Positions 37,100 through 49,203 of a stretch of 64,000 nt of DNA are shown here, piece by piece. Below the pieces are notes generated by a model. It was not told the DNA's origin. It was given only the letters and a program-made list of their open reading frames with translations, and ran no database searches. Position 1 is the first letter of the stretch. Each line of letters opens with the position of its first letter. The DNA comes from Raillietiella orientalis (taxonomy: Eukaryota). The stretch is taken from assembly GCA_036172245.1 (NCBI GenBank), contig JAYWIR010000038.1, positions 1,612,001-1,676,000 on the forward strand, given 5' to 3'. The translations under genes and the position numbers were made by a program.

Positions 37100-40000
37100 C
37101 AAGTGGCGGGATGAATTTATTTTTCCATTCATACTGCATTCCCATTCACGCGAAAGAACTTTTGTTCTTCACTTCCACTTGGGGAGTCACTGTGGGGAAG
37201 TCTACCTTGGGTTTGCACTTGGAAGGAGTACGTGCGGGTTTGTGCCCGGACAATACTTTCTAACCTGCGAAGGATATACTTGTACTTGTACGTCCATGCT
37301 TGAAGTTTCCCGCAGTTCCTGATTCCAATTCCCTTTTGCACGAGTCCTCTGAGGATGTCCATGGGGGGTGCGACCGCTCTGGTATTCATCATCTTCCACC
37401 ATGGTATCAGGAAGGCGGTGATGAAGAGGGCAATGGTTGTCCTAAACATCGGGTTGTACAGGGGTACGTTAGCGTTCCCCTGAAACATCCGTGCTAGGAC
37501 TTTCGTGGTGGTTGTGTCGGGCAGTCCTATGACCCTTTTCAGGGTCTGCCAGTCCTCGTGGATTGTGTGACAGGTTAGGACGTGAAGTCTTGTTTCCTGG
37601 TCGCCACACGCTTTCCGCGTTCCCTATGAAATGCTGAGTCCTCGACTTGCACTGTATTCCTCCGTGATAGAACATCAGGAGGTCGCCCTGGGTGTGGGGC
37701 GGTAGGTCAGTCCCGCATATTGTCGCGTCGGTCGACAGCAGGTTGATCCTGTGTCTTCCGTGACGATCGGCAGCTTCTTGGAGGGCGCTGATGTCTTTAT
37801 TCTCTTCCTTGATTATCTTGCGGTGGTTTTTCCTGTCTACCCTGCACCACGCGAAGTTCTTGTGGTTTTTCCACACCTCGCGTGTCCCGTGGGTATATCT
37901 TCCCGACACCATCTCGATATGCCGCAGTATACGAGAATGGTGAAGTTATCCTCCTCTTCTCCATTCCTGGATTCTTTGGAGGGTAACTCCGGGCCCCGCT
38001 GGTAGATCCAGCCTCTCGTGTCCGGGGGCACTCGAAGCATCCAAGGGATCACCAGGATGGATTCCTCCTGCCAGAGTTCCCTACTTCTTGGGACGATCTT
38101 CAGTAGATGTTTTCGCACCAGCCGTTGTTTTCTTTTCCAGGTGTTTTTCGATTGTATTCCATCCCCTGCTCGACCTAGCAGCGCAGTCATTGGGTCCTTC
38201 GAGTTGTTGAATAACGACGAATGCGCCCTTTGCGCCATATACGGCCAGTCATCCCGATGTGCAGCGATCTCCAGGATTTTTCGCGTATCCATGATTTCCG
38301 CGGAATGTGCAGGCGACTACATCCCGGACTCACCTTCCTCCTTGCGATGACATAGGGGTGTATCTCAACTCAACTTGGCCTATAGTTGCCCCGTAAGGTC
38401 TTCCGTTGCAACATTTCCAGTGCTCTGCGGGTGTTCTTGTCCAGTCTGCTGAAGGCCGCCCCAAAGAGTTAATTCGCAAGGATTACTGCGTTCCGCAGAT
38501 TGGCCCTCCGCTTCATATTGAAGTCTGTCCGCGTGTACTCCGTTGCTTCTTCTCTTGCCTTTCCAGGACTTCGGTCCATAACAGCTTCGACGCGGAGTCG
38601 TCGCCGATGTGAACTCCCAGGTACTTGGCGTTGTCCACCGTTCGGAATCCTTGCTCCGTGAATGTGGAGAGCTCCGACGGGCAAAAGTTGACAAGCCCAC
38701 TCCTTCCTCCATCATGTCCACCACATCCGACGCAACTCATATTGATCTCGTTCTTCCTCGATGCAGAAGAGCAGGTCATCCAAGTAGGCCACATGGTGAG
38801 CTTCTGGTCGTCTGTTTTAATCCCTCGGAGGCGTCCACTTCTCTCGGTGGAAGATGAGAGAGCCTCCGTGTAGATAACAAACAGCATCGGACTTTGCGAG
38901 TCGCCCTGGCGGACTCCTCCTTTCATCCGGATAGCTGCAGTTTCTTCTCCGTTGATCTTTATGGGAAGAACTGTTTGGCGAGTACCATCCTCACAAAGAG
39001 CCCGAAGTGCTCCGGGTGGCCTGGATTTCCCAGAATTTTCAGCAGCATCTCATGGTCGATGGTGTCGAATGCCTTCTCCATATCGGTGAACACCAGCACC
39101 AGATTCTCGCCGACGCATCGGCTGAGTCCCGCGGTGGCCTGGGCACACTTGACATTGTCCGACATGTGGCAGCCGAGAACCGCGCATGTCTGGAATCGAG
39201 AGATTTGCTTCGGCATAACCTTGGCCCAGATCTTTGCCAGCCACTTGGCATCGGAGTTGAGGATTGAGATTGGCTTCCACTGGGCAACCTTGATAAGGTC
39301 GCCTCCTCTCGGCAGCAATCTCATCCTGCTTTCGTAGAAGGATGCAGGTAGTCTTCCTTCTTGTCGAATGCAAAGGGTCAACTGGTGGAACCAACGTAGG
39401 TAGGCGTCGAGGTACCGCTGGTAGTGAGAGATCGGAACGCTATCAGAGCCTGCCGCCACATCCTTGCGTGGTTCCGAAAACGCAGCCTTCACCTCGTCTT
39501 CGGAGAAATCCTTTTCCAATTTCTTTCGCTGGAGTTCGTCGTTCTTCTTGTCTAGGTGGCGCAGGAAGGCGTTTTGCGTAAACCGAAGGCAGGTGTTGGT
39601 GTCGAAAGGGTCCCGTGCAGTGCCTCTGGAAGGCGCCCACGATCTCTTCCCACGCATGTCTGCTGTGGCCGTCGTAATGGATGCAGAAGATATCTGTTGC
39701 CAGGTTCTTCTTCTCCAGCACGCGGACTTCCCCTTTGATGTTCCTGAAGACGTACCGGCTCTCGTGGGGAGGGAGCGATCCTGGATGTTCTGCTCCCGGT
39801 ACGCTTCTTGCCTCAGTCGCTTGTCCCCGTACTGCATGCTGCAGAACAGATGGACGCGATGCTTCAGGCTGTCCCATTCGGCGACTCTTCGGATGGTGCT
39901 GGTCTTCTGAATCGCCTCGAAGACTTCCTGATGACTGGGAAGCGTCTCCAACCAGGCGGGAGTGCAGATGAGCGCCGCCATTGTCTTCTGCTTCCGCCGA

Positions 40001-41600
40001 GGATTTTCCGTTCTTAGTTTCTGAGAACCGCACCAACCGGTCATCGGACAGCCAAGTAGGCGTGTCGCGAAAACCCTCGACGCGGTTCCCTTTTTTCGTG
40101 CCATGTAGGACATGGTCGATCGGCTCGTGGCTAGCTGTTCGAACTTGTCGGACAACCGCCGGTACGCCGTCCTTCCTCTCGCCGACGGGTCGTGCAGGGG
40201 AATCCATCTCCAACGATCGTGTCCGATTGCCTGCACTGCGTTCCTCAATGCGGAGTCGCTCGTTAACAGAGACGGTTGCATCGGAACATGCTTCAGGCAA
40301 CCAATGTGCAAAGGCACGAAGTGACTTTCACTGGCAGACTGCTGCATTGTCGCCGAAAGAGTCTGTGAGAGGCAAGAGTCTCCTGGCCTTGTACAAACTT
40401 AGTCTGCAAGGTGCTGTTTCAACGTTAGCGGTGGAAGAACGGAGGGGGGCGCTCTAGCAGATAAGTGAGTGATTGTTCATTGCTCCTACCATTTGTCACA
40501 GCATTGCCCATTTTCGGCAGCCACTCTCATCTGAAAAGTATCCCTTCGAACTCGTTGCCTCTTTCTTCCTCCCAGGAGTTTGAAGATTTAGCATTGCCTA
40601 GAAACCGATGAACGACGTTCGGGTGCAGGGCGAAAACTGCAGGAGCTCATCCAGGATGTCCCGTGAATGCTGAGTCGAAAATAGGTACAGAGCAGGAGCG
40701 ACCCACATCTCCAGGATCGCAGTCGTGTTGTTTCTTCCCGGCCACCGATTGCAGTGGTTGATAACTTTGGCAGTCGCCTTGTTCACGAATTCCATTGCGT
40801 GTCGTCTTGAAGTCTGCTGGAAGGAAGGAATCGCCGTTTTGCCACCTCTTGTTCAGTTTTCAATATTGTGTCCAGCCAAACCCTCCTGAACACTCCTTTT
40901 CGTGTCATGATGCACCCAGTGTCGTCGTCGGTCTCGATGCTTCAGCACCGGGCCAAGTGGTCTTCGGTGCACTACTACCCCAGCGAAGGAGTAAGGCCCC
41001 TCTTTCGCATGTCAGGGGTCACACTCTGACGAAATCCCCGATCACGATGGGGAGATGCGATGGGAGAGTATAAGAGCGAAAGATCCGAATTCGTGTGAGG
41101 ATGTTGTTTTTCTCCCGTTCTTGACGGGTGGCGTCCTTCATGACGCATGCCTGTTTTCTTTTGTTCTCGCGTTGGGTGGTGGTCCTCTTCGTCATGTCGA
41201 AAACAGGCATGGCGTGCTGGACCTCCTGCCATGCTTGGAACATCTCCGATGCCCGGCCCTCTCTCCAGAAAGCCTGCGCAACCGTCCAGGACTGTCGTCT
41301 CTGCGAACCTGGAAGAAAACACCTGCTACTCGCTGCGCACAACCCCATCCTTCGCATTTCCGGATCGAAGCACGATGCTCGCCTTGTCCGTGGATCACGT
41401 TTCTTCGGCATGTTCGCTTGGGCAGACTTGGGACGGAGCACGTTCGCAGCGGCTTTCTTTTGTACGGTGGCCACGTGCTTCCGATCGAACGCTGCAAGGC
41501 GCCGGCGTCCAAAACTACGAGGCATTCCTCGGACTCACTCATCCAGCTGGAGCGAGGCGGAAATCAGGAACTGAATAAACATGTGGCACGTGGCTCAACG
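37100..41600 (-). mobile_element. Near full-length decayed L1/Tx1-clade retrotransposon (family B)
   Basis: RT in ORFs 38959..40347 and 38513..38926: LLPRGGDL..WKPISILNSDAKWLAK, Q..AV.G..MSDN, DMEKAFDTIDH, GVRQGDSQSPMLF, frameshifted YLDD and KYLGVHI. C-terminal FYHGGI block. A possible ORF1 remnant lies at about 41000-41500. Confidence 0.85.
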
Positions 41601-41726
41601 GGTCAACGAAGTCGAAGCCGATGCACTTGCCGCTGCTGAGACTTGGACAGGTGCCTGGAAGATTCCAGGTTGCAGAGGACCAAGCACACTGTTGATGATG
41701 AAACCTCTTTGACTGGGGGCATTCGA

Positions 41727-41740
41727 TGTACATGTATGTA

Positions 41741-41779
<39 letters not shown>
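41727..41779. repeat. (TA)n microsatellite, mirrored at about 62650-62702
   Basis: Visible TA run with the same length in both arms. Confidence 0.9.
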
Positions 41780-41799
41780 TTCTTGCAAATACCGATTCC

Positions 41800-44700
41800 A
41801 GCGTGAGCGGTGTAATGGCTGTAGTACTGCAGATGCTGACCTCTCGCACCGTAACGATTCTGACAGAGCTGAAAGGTCCAAGTTTTGCTTGAACTGGCGA
41901 CTGCCGAAGGGCTTCATGGAGTTTTTCTTCCGTCCTGAGACCACGCAAAGCAGATTGGTCCAGATCTTCCTTGTTTCGATGAGGGTGCCGTCGAGTACGC
42001 ATTCTGTTTCTTTTCCCGATATTCCAGAGTTCGATTTTGCATTCCTTCCGATTGCACTGTTCGTCACCCACAACACACAGAACTTGTCTTTCCATGGGCA
42101 TAATTGGTTCCCCCAGCACACATGATGGAACCATTTGTTCGATTTCAGGTCTTTCCGGAAAAATGCAAAGTTGAAGCCGGATGCTCCCAGAACAGCTTAG
42201 TCCAAGGTAGCGCCTTCCGCGTTGCCTGCCGGATTCCCAGAGTCCCATTCCAAAGCTCGCACCTGAAGCCGAGAATCGGAGATGGCTGAATTCGCAAAGT
42301 CCGCAAACACAAATGGACTTTTGCTTCTGCGGCTGCGAGCATCTTGGTGAACGCAGCATGACGTGTGACCGGGATGTTGCGAATTCGGAAGCTATCTGTT
42401 AAGCTTGTCGAAGGAACCTTCCGCGACACGCAGTGGAGGCGATAGACGTAAAAAGGAAATCACCGTGGAAGATGTCTGTGGACAAAACGCCTTGCGCTTT
42501 TGATTTCTTTGCGATGTACACACCTCGGCAGTTGTACACACTCCGGCCTTGGCGACCGGAGCCGTGACACCGTTAGCGTAAATCAAGTGCAGAGGAAGCG
42601 CATCTCCTGAAAAGCAAACGCTGATTGCTTCATTCGAAACACAGATGAAGTGCTTTTCTCTTGGACCATGGGCTCCCGAACCAAATCACAAAGATCAAAT
42701 TTAAGCTTTTTGTAACTTTGCCGGTTTTTTGCCGGTTCGGCTTCGGAAAAAACAACTTGACCTTTTGGTTTTTATGACTTTCTGTTTTCCAATTATTCCT
42801 CCGAGGCCCTTTGCAGTTGGCTTCTTAGAAAAGGAAGAGCCTTCGTTCTCACGCTCACATTCGTTCAAAGAGCGAATGTTGGGGTCCATGGAGCCGTCCA
42901 AACGGAGGACGGTGAATCGAACTTAACGCTGAATTATTCGTATGTGTTTCGGCAAAGTACACTCTTTTCGATGTGGGTGAAGAACACAGTCGTTGTTCGC
43001 GGAGAACACCGTCTCCGTGCACCTACCGAATTGGTTACTTTTCAACACCTTCTTCTTATGACCATTCTGTTTAATTTTTAATGAAGTGATCGTTGGACGA
43101 ATGTTATCAAACAGGAAACTGACTTCTGGTAAGGGTTTCTTGTGCTAACTTGGAATGAAGCAACGGAACGCTCTCGCGGTTCGCAGAAATCCTTTCGCAT
43201 CCGGGGAACTTCTTTCTCTCCGGAAGAGAGGGACGATCACGCGTTACCCATTTCCACTGGGTTTTGGCGCCAAGGACGTTTCTGCTCCAGTTTGTTCTTC
43301 CCCCCTCTTCCCAGTCCCTTCCAAAGCACAAATTCCATGGAAAATCGTTCCACGCGTTTGTTTGACAGTCAAAGAGGTCTGTGATCAGCACTAACGGTTG
43401 TTGCTTTTTTTCTTCTCCATAACGTGAAGCAAAATTAGCTCCTCCACCACGCGGAGATAGCCGTGGGTCAACCGCTTTGGCGAACGTCTTGCAAAGTCTC
43501 GCGATACCATTCTCCATGGATTTCCGCTTTACCACTGGATCACACTTCTACGCCTTCCCTGATCTCCTGCCGCCATTCGTGAGAGGAATTCCTATGGAAA
43601 CTTTTCAATCATCAGGATGCACTTCGAACTGGCCACTCAGCAGTAACTGCCTCCTTGCTGGTCTTGTGTCCTAAGGCACCTGTCGCGGAACAAACCGTGA
43701 ACGGAATTCAGAACGTTCGCGGGTTGCCGAATGCTCGCTTTCCCCGTTCCTTCCCGGATTTCGAGCCACAGCGACAACAAAATGCACACCTCCATCCTTT
43801 CAGGTGACTTTTTTGCACGTTCCGTGCTGGCAGTTGCCAGCAAATGGCGTCTGAAGTGTGCGCTATTGGGTCGACTGCGATGATAGCAAACCATCCGTGC
43901 TGATGTTCTCTCCGTCTGCCTGATGATCCGATACTTCTTTGTGCCAGCGTCCAGCGTCTATAATCCGCGGATCCCACGCAAAATTTTGTTGGGCGTGTGC
44001 AAATGCATCCAATCCGCACCAGTTCCAGCACAAACCTTGTTTTGCTATCCGCTACGCCATCATACGCCAGCTGAAGTGGTTGCAGAGGGCACCCCTTCCG
44101 ATAGGACGTTTCGTTGAAAGGAGCAACGATCAGACGTTATGCATGTCGAATCACACTGTGATTCCATTCCTTTCTTTTTGGCCGACAAGATTTCACACAA
44201 ACGTGTCGACTCATCTCGGGAGACTTTCCGGAGGATACAGGTGTAGACACAGGTGAGATCGAGATATAAAAGAATGTCAATTTACCGTAGCTACGTGTCC
44301 GCCTGCCGTTATCCACGCGCGCGTCTGCCCTCTACGAAGGGCACATCTATCCCGCGTGCTGCAGTGCACCTTTAGACGTGTGCAGCAGATTCAGGCGGGA
44401 ATTCAGGAGAACAGCGATTGCTTGTGCCAGAAGTCTGCTGGCACTGAGAAAAATGAATGTTCGTCCGCGCAAAAAAGCAAAGTGGAGAAGATGGTGGTGC
44501 TTACGCTGGCCGTCCGGCCTACCTCGTTCTGCATATGACCAACGGCCAGTTTCCTGAGTGCAAACGAACGTGGTTTGCAGGTGAGAGGGAAGGCAAAAGC
44601 CAAGCGCGGACTTCCGACGGATGCATGCGAGCGGGTCGAGAATCAACTGCTAAAACCAAGTGGGGAGCACTTGGATCTTGCGACGGACAAAAGCGGTCCG

Positions 44701-46250
44701 CACCCCAGAGAATGGGCCCCGTGGAACAGCGTGAAACTCCGTATCCAGAGTTCTTTCTAACGACGTTCCCTTTGGTTGTGACGGCCTGCAGGCTCCGAAG
44801 CAAGAATGACGTCGCTCTGAAAACGGTCCTTCGCCGCATACAAGGAAGAGGTGCGAGTCGGTTTGCGACGACTTGGTGTACTTCTGGAGAGCTTTTCTGT
44901 CGCCGCCGCAGCGCAAAGCGCTTGCGAAAGTGGCGGGACCGTTTCTGCAGACAAATTTGCGTTTGCGCCCCTTGAAGAGTGCATCGCCACGGTGCCTCCT
45001 TGTTCTGCCTCGTCCAGGTATTATGTGACCAAGAACAGGCTGTTCGTTTCTTTAGATTCATCAACCGCACGGCTCTGGGTGCTCACCTTTCGCGGCATCC
45101 TGAGATCTTCGTGCTCGCAGACAACCAGTTCTTGGATAATTCGTCAGGAATCGGGTTCAGAAGCACCGTATAAACCTTCCGGCCTTTCTTTCCCTTTGTA
45201 TGTCATGAGTGGGCACGAAGGTCGCCCGCAGTTTCTCCCTGGAACTAGGTCCGCAAAGCATTCCTGTAAAGTGAAGGTCAACCGCGCTCTCGTTCTTTTC
45301 GCGGACATCGTTTGCTTGCTCCTCCCCTTCTTCCCCTCCTCTGCGGCACCGATTACCGTCTGCAGTAAGGCTCCTCATCAACAGTCCGGCCGTCTCACCC
45401 TGTTGCAGAGCGTCAGAAGGGAACCGTTGTTTCGCAGCGACCCCATCGAAGGAAGGCGGATTGCCGCTCTACTCTGACTTCTTCCAGGATACGAAAGAAC
45501 GTCCTGCCGCTCGCTCTCACCTCGTTGCCGCTCGCAGGTGGTACCGGGAAGTTACGCGGGACGCTCAGGTACGAAGCAAAAAAAGTCGCTCTAGGGCTCA
45601 TCGGCTTATCAGCAGTGCGGGAGGAAGGACCGGTGACCGTTGCCAGCGCACATTCCGAGAGCTCGCATCATCCCCCCCCCCCTCCCTTTCCCTGAAAAAA
45701 AAATAAAAAATCAGTTTGGTTGCTTCGTGCAAGCATGCATTCGAGGAGATGCTGCTTGTGCGGCAGTGTCTTCCTTCACGCAGAGGGGGTCGAGGACACG
45801 CAAGGCGCTGCAGGCGGGCAAACAACAACACCAGAAACAGAGAGCACAAGCAGCACCCAGGGTTACTCAGTGGGGAGAGGAGATCCATCCAGGGGACAGA
45901 GCGATGAGCCGGTATATCTCGAAGATGGAAGAAATGAGATAGCGGACGTGGGATCCTGAAGAAGTGCGAAAGTCTGCTGAGAAGCGGGAGGATAGGGTGC
46001 TCTGAACTTCCACGCGGAGGGAAGAAGGAAAGAACGAAGAGGAAGTCATGCAGGAGCCGAGAAGAAGAGGGAGCGGGCTAGGAGAAAACGCGAGCACCGG
46101 AGACCTACATTGGGCTCAGGTGCTCATGATTTCGACGTCCTGCTCTTCCATTGTCGTCTTCTGCCGGAGCTGCGTGACTGCTCCCTTCGCCACTGCGGTC
46201 TAACGGTTCTCTCGATTAATTCATCCCTTCGGTTCGCAGTCTCGAGGTCA
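41800..46250 (-). mobile_element. Heavily decayed L1/Tx1-like element inside the duplicated arm (mirror about 58180-62630, plus strand)
   Basis: QVVANRLAPL and LILDPLACIRR (RT motifs, about 44600-44900) precede RLSPRGG and W..CFGRDWEEGG (post-RT, about 43290-43470) in the expected order. Confidence 0.5.
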
Positions 46251-46323
46251 CCCATGTGTGCGGAGGTCCAGTTGTTGTTGGTGCTTACTTAGTGGCAGAC
46301 TAAACGGATAAAGGCGAATAAGG

Positions 46324-47694
46324 ATGTCACTCACCTGCGCCACCCTTGCGGGATTCTCGGGGATCTCTTCGCTGCTCACCTCCAACAGTTTAACCAGCAA
46401 TTCTCCGCAACAGATGGATACGAATGCCACCACCAAAATTCCCTTCGTATCCAATATTACAAGCATCGTCATTGAAGAAGTGTTAGAAGAAGAAGAGGGG
46501 GAAGAAGCAGATGATGATGAAGACGAGAAATCGGCTTCACTTTTTTTCCCTTCAGTACACTCCATGAGAGGACAACACCATTCTGTGTGGTTGTCGCAGA
46601 GGATGGACTTCCGCAGAAGACAGACTATGGTCTCCAAAACCGGCATTGTCAACACTATGTTCCTACTCACAGGGACGGCAATCTCTTGTATGAGTGCTTT
46701 CCGTTCTAGTGCATCCGCCGCAAGCTCAGAGCTCGCCCTGTTAGACACCTTTCCTCCGTCCGTGCTTTTACTTGGACAGCCAAGCCTGTTATCAAGCGCG
46801 CTGCTTGTTGATTTCTTTGTTACCAGCCTCGCTTCCATCCCCCTGCCGGTCCAGGGACAGAGCGATCCCTCGGACGGGTGTCCGCGAGATCAGCTGTTGT
46901 CGAGGGAAGGCGGCTGCGTGATGCTTACCTCACGCTGCGGCGAGGACAGCTGGATCGTTCTGGACGCGGACACGCGCTTTCCTGTGTGCGCGAAAAGGCC
47001 TTGTCCTATGGGACTAGTGTTCGTGGAAGTGATGCAGATGTGCTTCGACCCTTTGGACGCTGACGTGTGCAGGATGCCCGGACAGAAGGCGTATGTGACT
47101 GCCAGTGGGACTCTGGTGTGCGGGTGTTCCGAAGGGTTCGTTCAGGACAACGCGGGAAGGTGCCATCTCATGTTCTTTCGTGGTCCGTGCGACGAAGAGA
47201 ACGTGTGGACAGTGAACGGCACGGGGACTCCCGGCTGCAGCCCTCGGGTGTGCGAGAGGCCTCTCGTCCCCTTACGAGGGTCGTGCGTCGACCTCCAGGA
47301 CGGCAGCGTGTGCGGAGCCGGAGGTCAGCTGGTGCTCAGCATGGAGAATTTCGCGTTGGAGTGTGCGGTCGTCGTCGGCGCCGAGGCTGGACTCCCCGAA
47401 GGGCAACCGAGCCGTAAGCAAGGAGCACTGTTTGAGACTCAGCTCCTGATGCCTTGCCTCCCCGGAGCGAAAAGAAGCTTCAATTGGAAGTGCAGGAACA
47501 GTGTGGTGCCTCGGGTGCAGGAGAAGTCTCGTGGACGCAGGCATGTGGCAGCGTCCCTGTGCTCCCCGGGGAAGTTTCTGAACTCGCTAGGTCGCTGCCA
47601 GGATTCCCTGTCCCTGGGGAGATGCCCTTCGGGGTTCGCACGTCAATCTCCTACTTCCAAATGCACCTACAGTGTGGGGGCTGGATTTGGCTGA
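46324..47694 (+). CDS. Cys-rich DUF4789-like protein, copy 1 (456 aa ORF; true start uncertain)
   Basis: The C-terminal ~270 aa carry repeated Cys modules (CAKRPC, CGCSEGF...GRCHLMFFRGPC, CLPG..R...KC) typical of arthropod DUF4789 proteins. AATAAA at 47739-47744. The N-terminal ~170 aa may be TE-derived or intronic. Confidence 0.7.
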   Translation: MSLTCATLAGFSGISSLLTSNSLTSNSPQQMDTNATTKIPFVSNITSIVIEEVLEEEEGEEADDDEDEKSASLFFPSVHSMRGQHHSVWLSQRMDFRRRQTMVSKTGIVNTMFLLTGTAISCMSAFRSSASAASSELALLDTFPPSVLLLGQPSLLSSALLVDFFVTSLASIPLPVQGQSDPSDGCPRDQLLSREGGCVMLTSRCGEDSWIVLDADTRFPVCAKRPCPMGLVFVEVMQMCFDPLDADVCRMPGQKAYVTASGTLVCGCSEGFVQDNAGRCHLMFFRGPCDEENVWTVNGTGTPGCSPRVCERPLVPLRGSCVDLQDGSVCGAGGQLVLSMENFALECAVVVGAEAGLPEGQPSRKQGALFETQLLMPCLPGAKRSFNWKCRNSVVPRVQEKSRGRRHVAASLCSPGKFLNSLGRCQDSLSLGRCPSGFARQSPTSKCTYSVGAGFG

Positions 47695-48249
47695 AGGCGG
47701 GAAGGATTCCATCTCCGGGAATGGGGTCCTCGGAGGGCAATAAACGGGGAAGCGGAGACTTTCGCGTGTTTCTCCACCGCTCTCGAGAGGGACAGGAGGG
47801 GAGAGACGCTGTTCTCAGCACTCACGGATGCTCGTCGTAGGTCTTTCCCATTTCTGCTCTCGGCTTCCTCGTTCGGGACTGCTTTTCCCAGCTCCCGGAA
47901 GTGCACTAATATCCGATGTCCCAGCTTTTTGTGCTTCTCCTTTGTTTCTTCGGTGCATCTCCACAGCGGTTCCTGCTGAAGACTGGTGGGGTTTCCTGTG
48001 CACTCGGATTTCCCTCCTGTGGTTTGAGGAATGCGACCAAGCCAGGAAGAGAGATCACAGTCTTCTCATCCGTCTTGAACTGGGTACTGTCACTTGTGGC
48101 ACGCGCCCCGAGTCGCGTGTCACAACGTGCCGACTTTCCTCGTAAGAGGACGGAGGAGGGTGCGCGTTCCTCGCAATCCCGTACGGATGCGACGCACTTC
48201 GAGGAACTGCCTTCTCACCACCGAATTGCTTCACTTGCACTGTGAATCT

Positions 48250-49170
48250 GCTCGTCGCAGAGGTAGCAAGTGAAAGTGAGTCCCACGGAAACCCCAGATG
48301 ACTCGCGATTTTCTTGGAGCTTCAGGGAAGTCAAAGGACGAGGGCATAGTTTTAAGGGCGCATGGTATGCCTAGAGCCAGTCGGGAACATGCTCACTGGG
48401 TTTCTGGCTGGGATTGCAGCCGCTCGGGGGATCAGCTTCATTTGCTTCGTCCTTGCGAACGAATTTCACCGGGTGCCATGCTACGTACTTCCACGCTGAA
48501 TTCTGCTTTGTGTCTTCTTGAGCAATTGGGAAAGGTAAGGCAGTGAGGTATCGCGTGCAGGGAAAGAGCAGCGCTGAGAGCACCGCTTGCCTACAGAAGT
48601 CAAGTTCAGATGACTTTTCGCGGGTAGTGGAAAGCGCAGATCAGTGTGAATGAGGAATAAAAGTCTGTGGGTTCGCCCAGGTGGAAGGGGGTTGCCTGCA
48701 GTAAGCAAGGGTGCCATTAGAACCCGAGGGATACCCATGGTCTAGTCAAATGCTTTGCTTGCTCGGTCTACGGAGCTCGCGTTTCGGCAGGGGCAATTCG
48801 AAAGCTAAAAGGAGTTTCATGACGCCGACATTACAGCTATTCAGTTGTCTCAGGCCGCCCGCAACCCTGGCACGCATAAAACCAAGATGCTCTCGTTTTT
48901 TCCAATTGGAAAAAAAAAGTGTGCCGATGACCTCCCGATGCATGTGACAAAACCAGCCGAAGTTCCCTTGAGAGTTCCAAGGCTCTCCGCAGACAGACAA
49001 CTCAGACCAAGAAGCCGTGAACTTCAAGACGACAAGACGAGCAGGAGAGACAGGATCCCATTTGGCGCTGTTCCCACGGCAGATTTGGGAGAAGGAAGAA
49101 ATGAAATTATCTCTGATGCACCGATGAATGAAATTGGTCCTCGTTGCTACCTGCACTACTGGTTTCTCGG
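48250..49170 (-). mobile_element. Decayed L1/Tx1-like RT/post-RT remnant crossing the inner arm boundary
   Basis: Frameshifted RQ.WDPVSPA (QGDPLSP-like) near 49040-49070 and LLKKTQSRIQ.WK near 48490-48525. Confidence 0.45.
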
Positions 49171-49171
49171 T

Positions 49172-49203
49172 ACTTTGATGTTAGCCAAAAGGCCGAGAAG
49201 CGT
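49172..49203 (-). ncRNA. U2: 5' fragment (about nt 1-33) of U2 snRNA, a truncated pseudogene
   Basis: The minus strand reads acgcttctcggccttttggctaacatcaaagt, versus the U2 5' end ATCGCTTCTCGGCCTTTTGGCTAAGATCAA(A)GT. Similarity stops at the branch-point recognition region. Confidence 0.85.

Larger units (their letters stand above)
40429..48761 (+). repeat. Left arm of large inverted duplication (probably extends further left)
   Basis: The ORF track mirrors exactly, with coordinate sums of 104476 (inner part) and 104428/104429 (outer part). Base 64000 pairs with 40429. Identity ends after tgctttgcttg at 48761. Confidence 0.98.

Noticed and set aside
41595..42359. 254-aa ORF (mirrored at 62070..62834) as a host gene
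   Set aside because: It reads through a TA microsatellite and decayed TE sequence. Its presence in both arms only reflects the duplication.
9490..43930. Hammerhead ribozyme cores at several CTGATGA sites (about 9492, 13703, 30021, 39928, 43920)
   Set aside because: No stem II plus GAAA arrangement follows any of them.
49172..49203. Functional U2 snRNA gene
   Set aside because: Only about 32 nt match; the Sm site and 3' stem-loops are absent.
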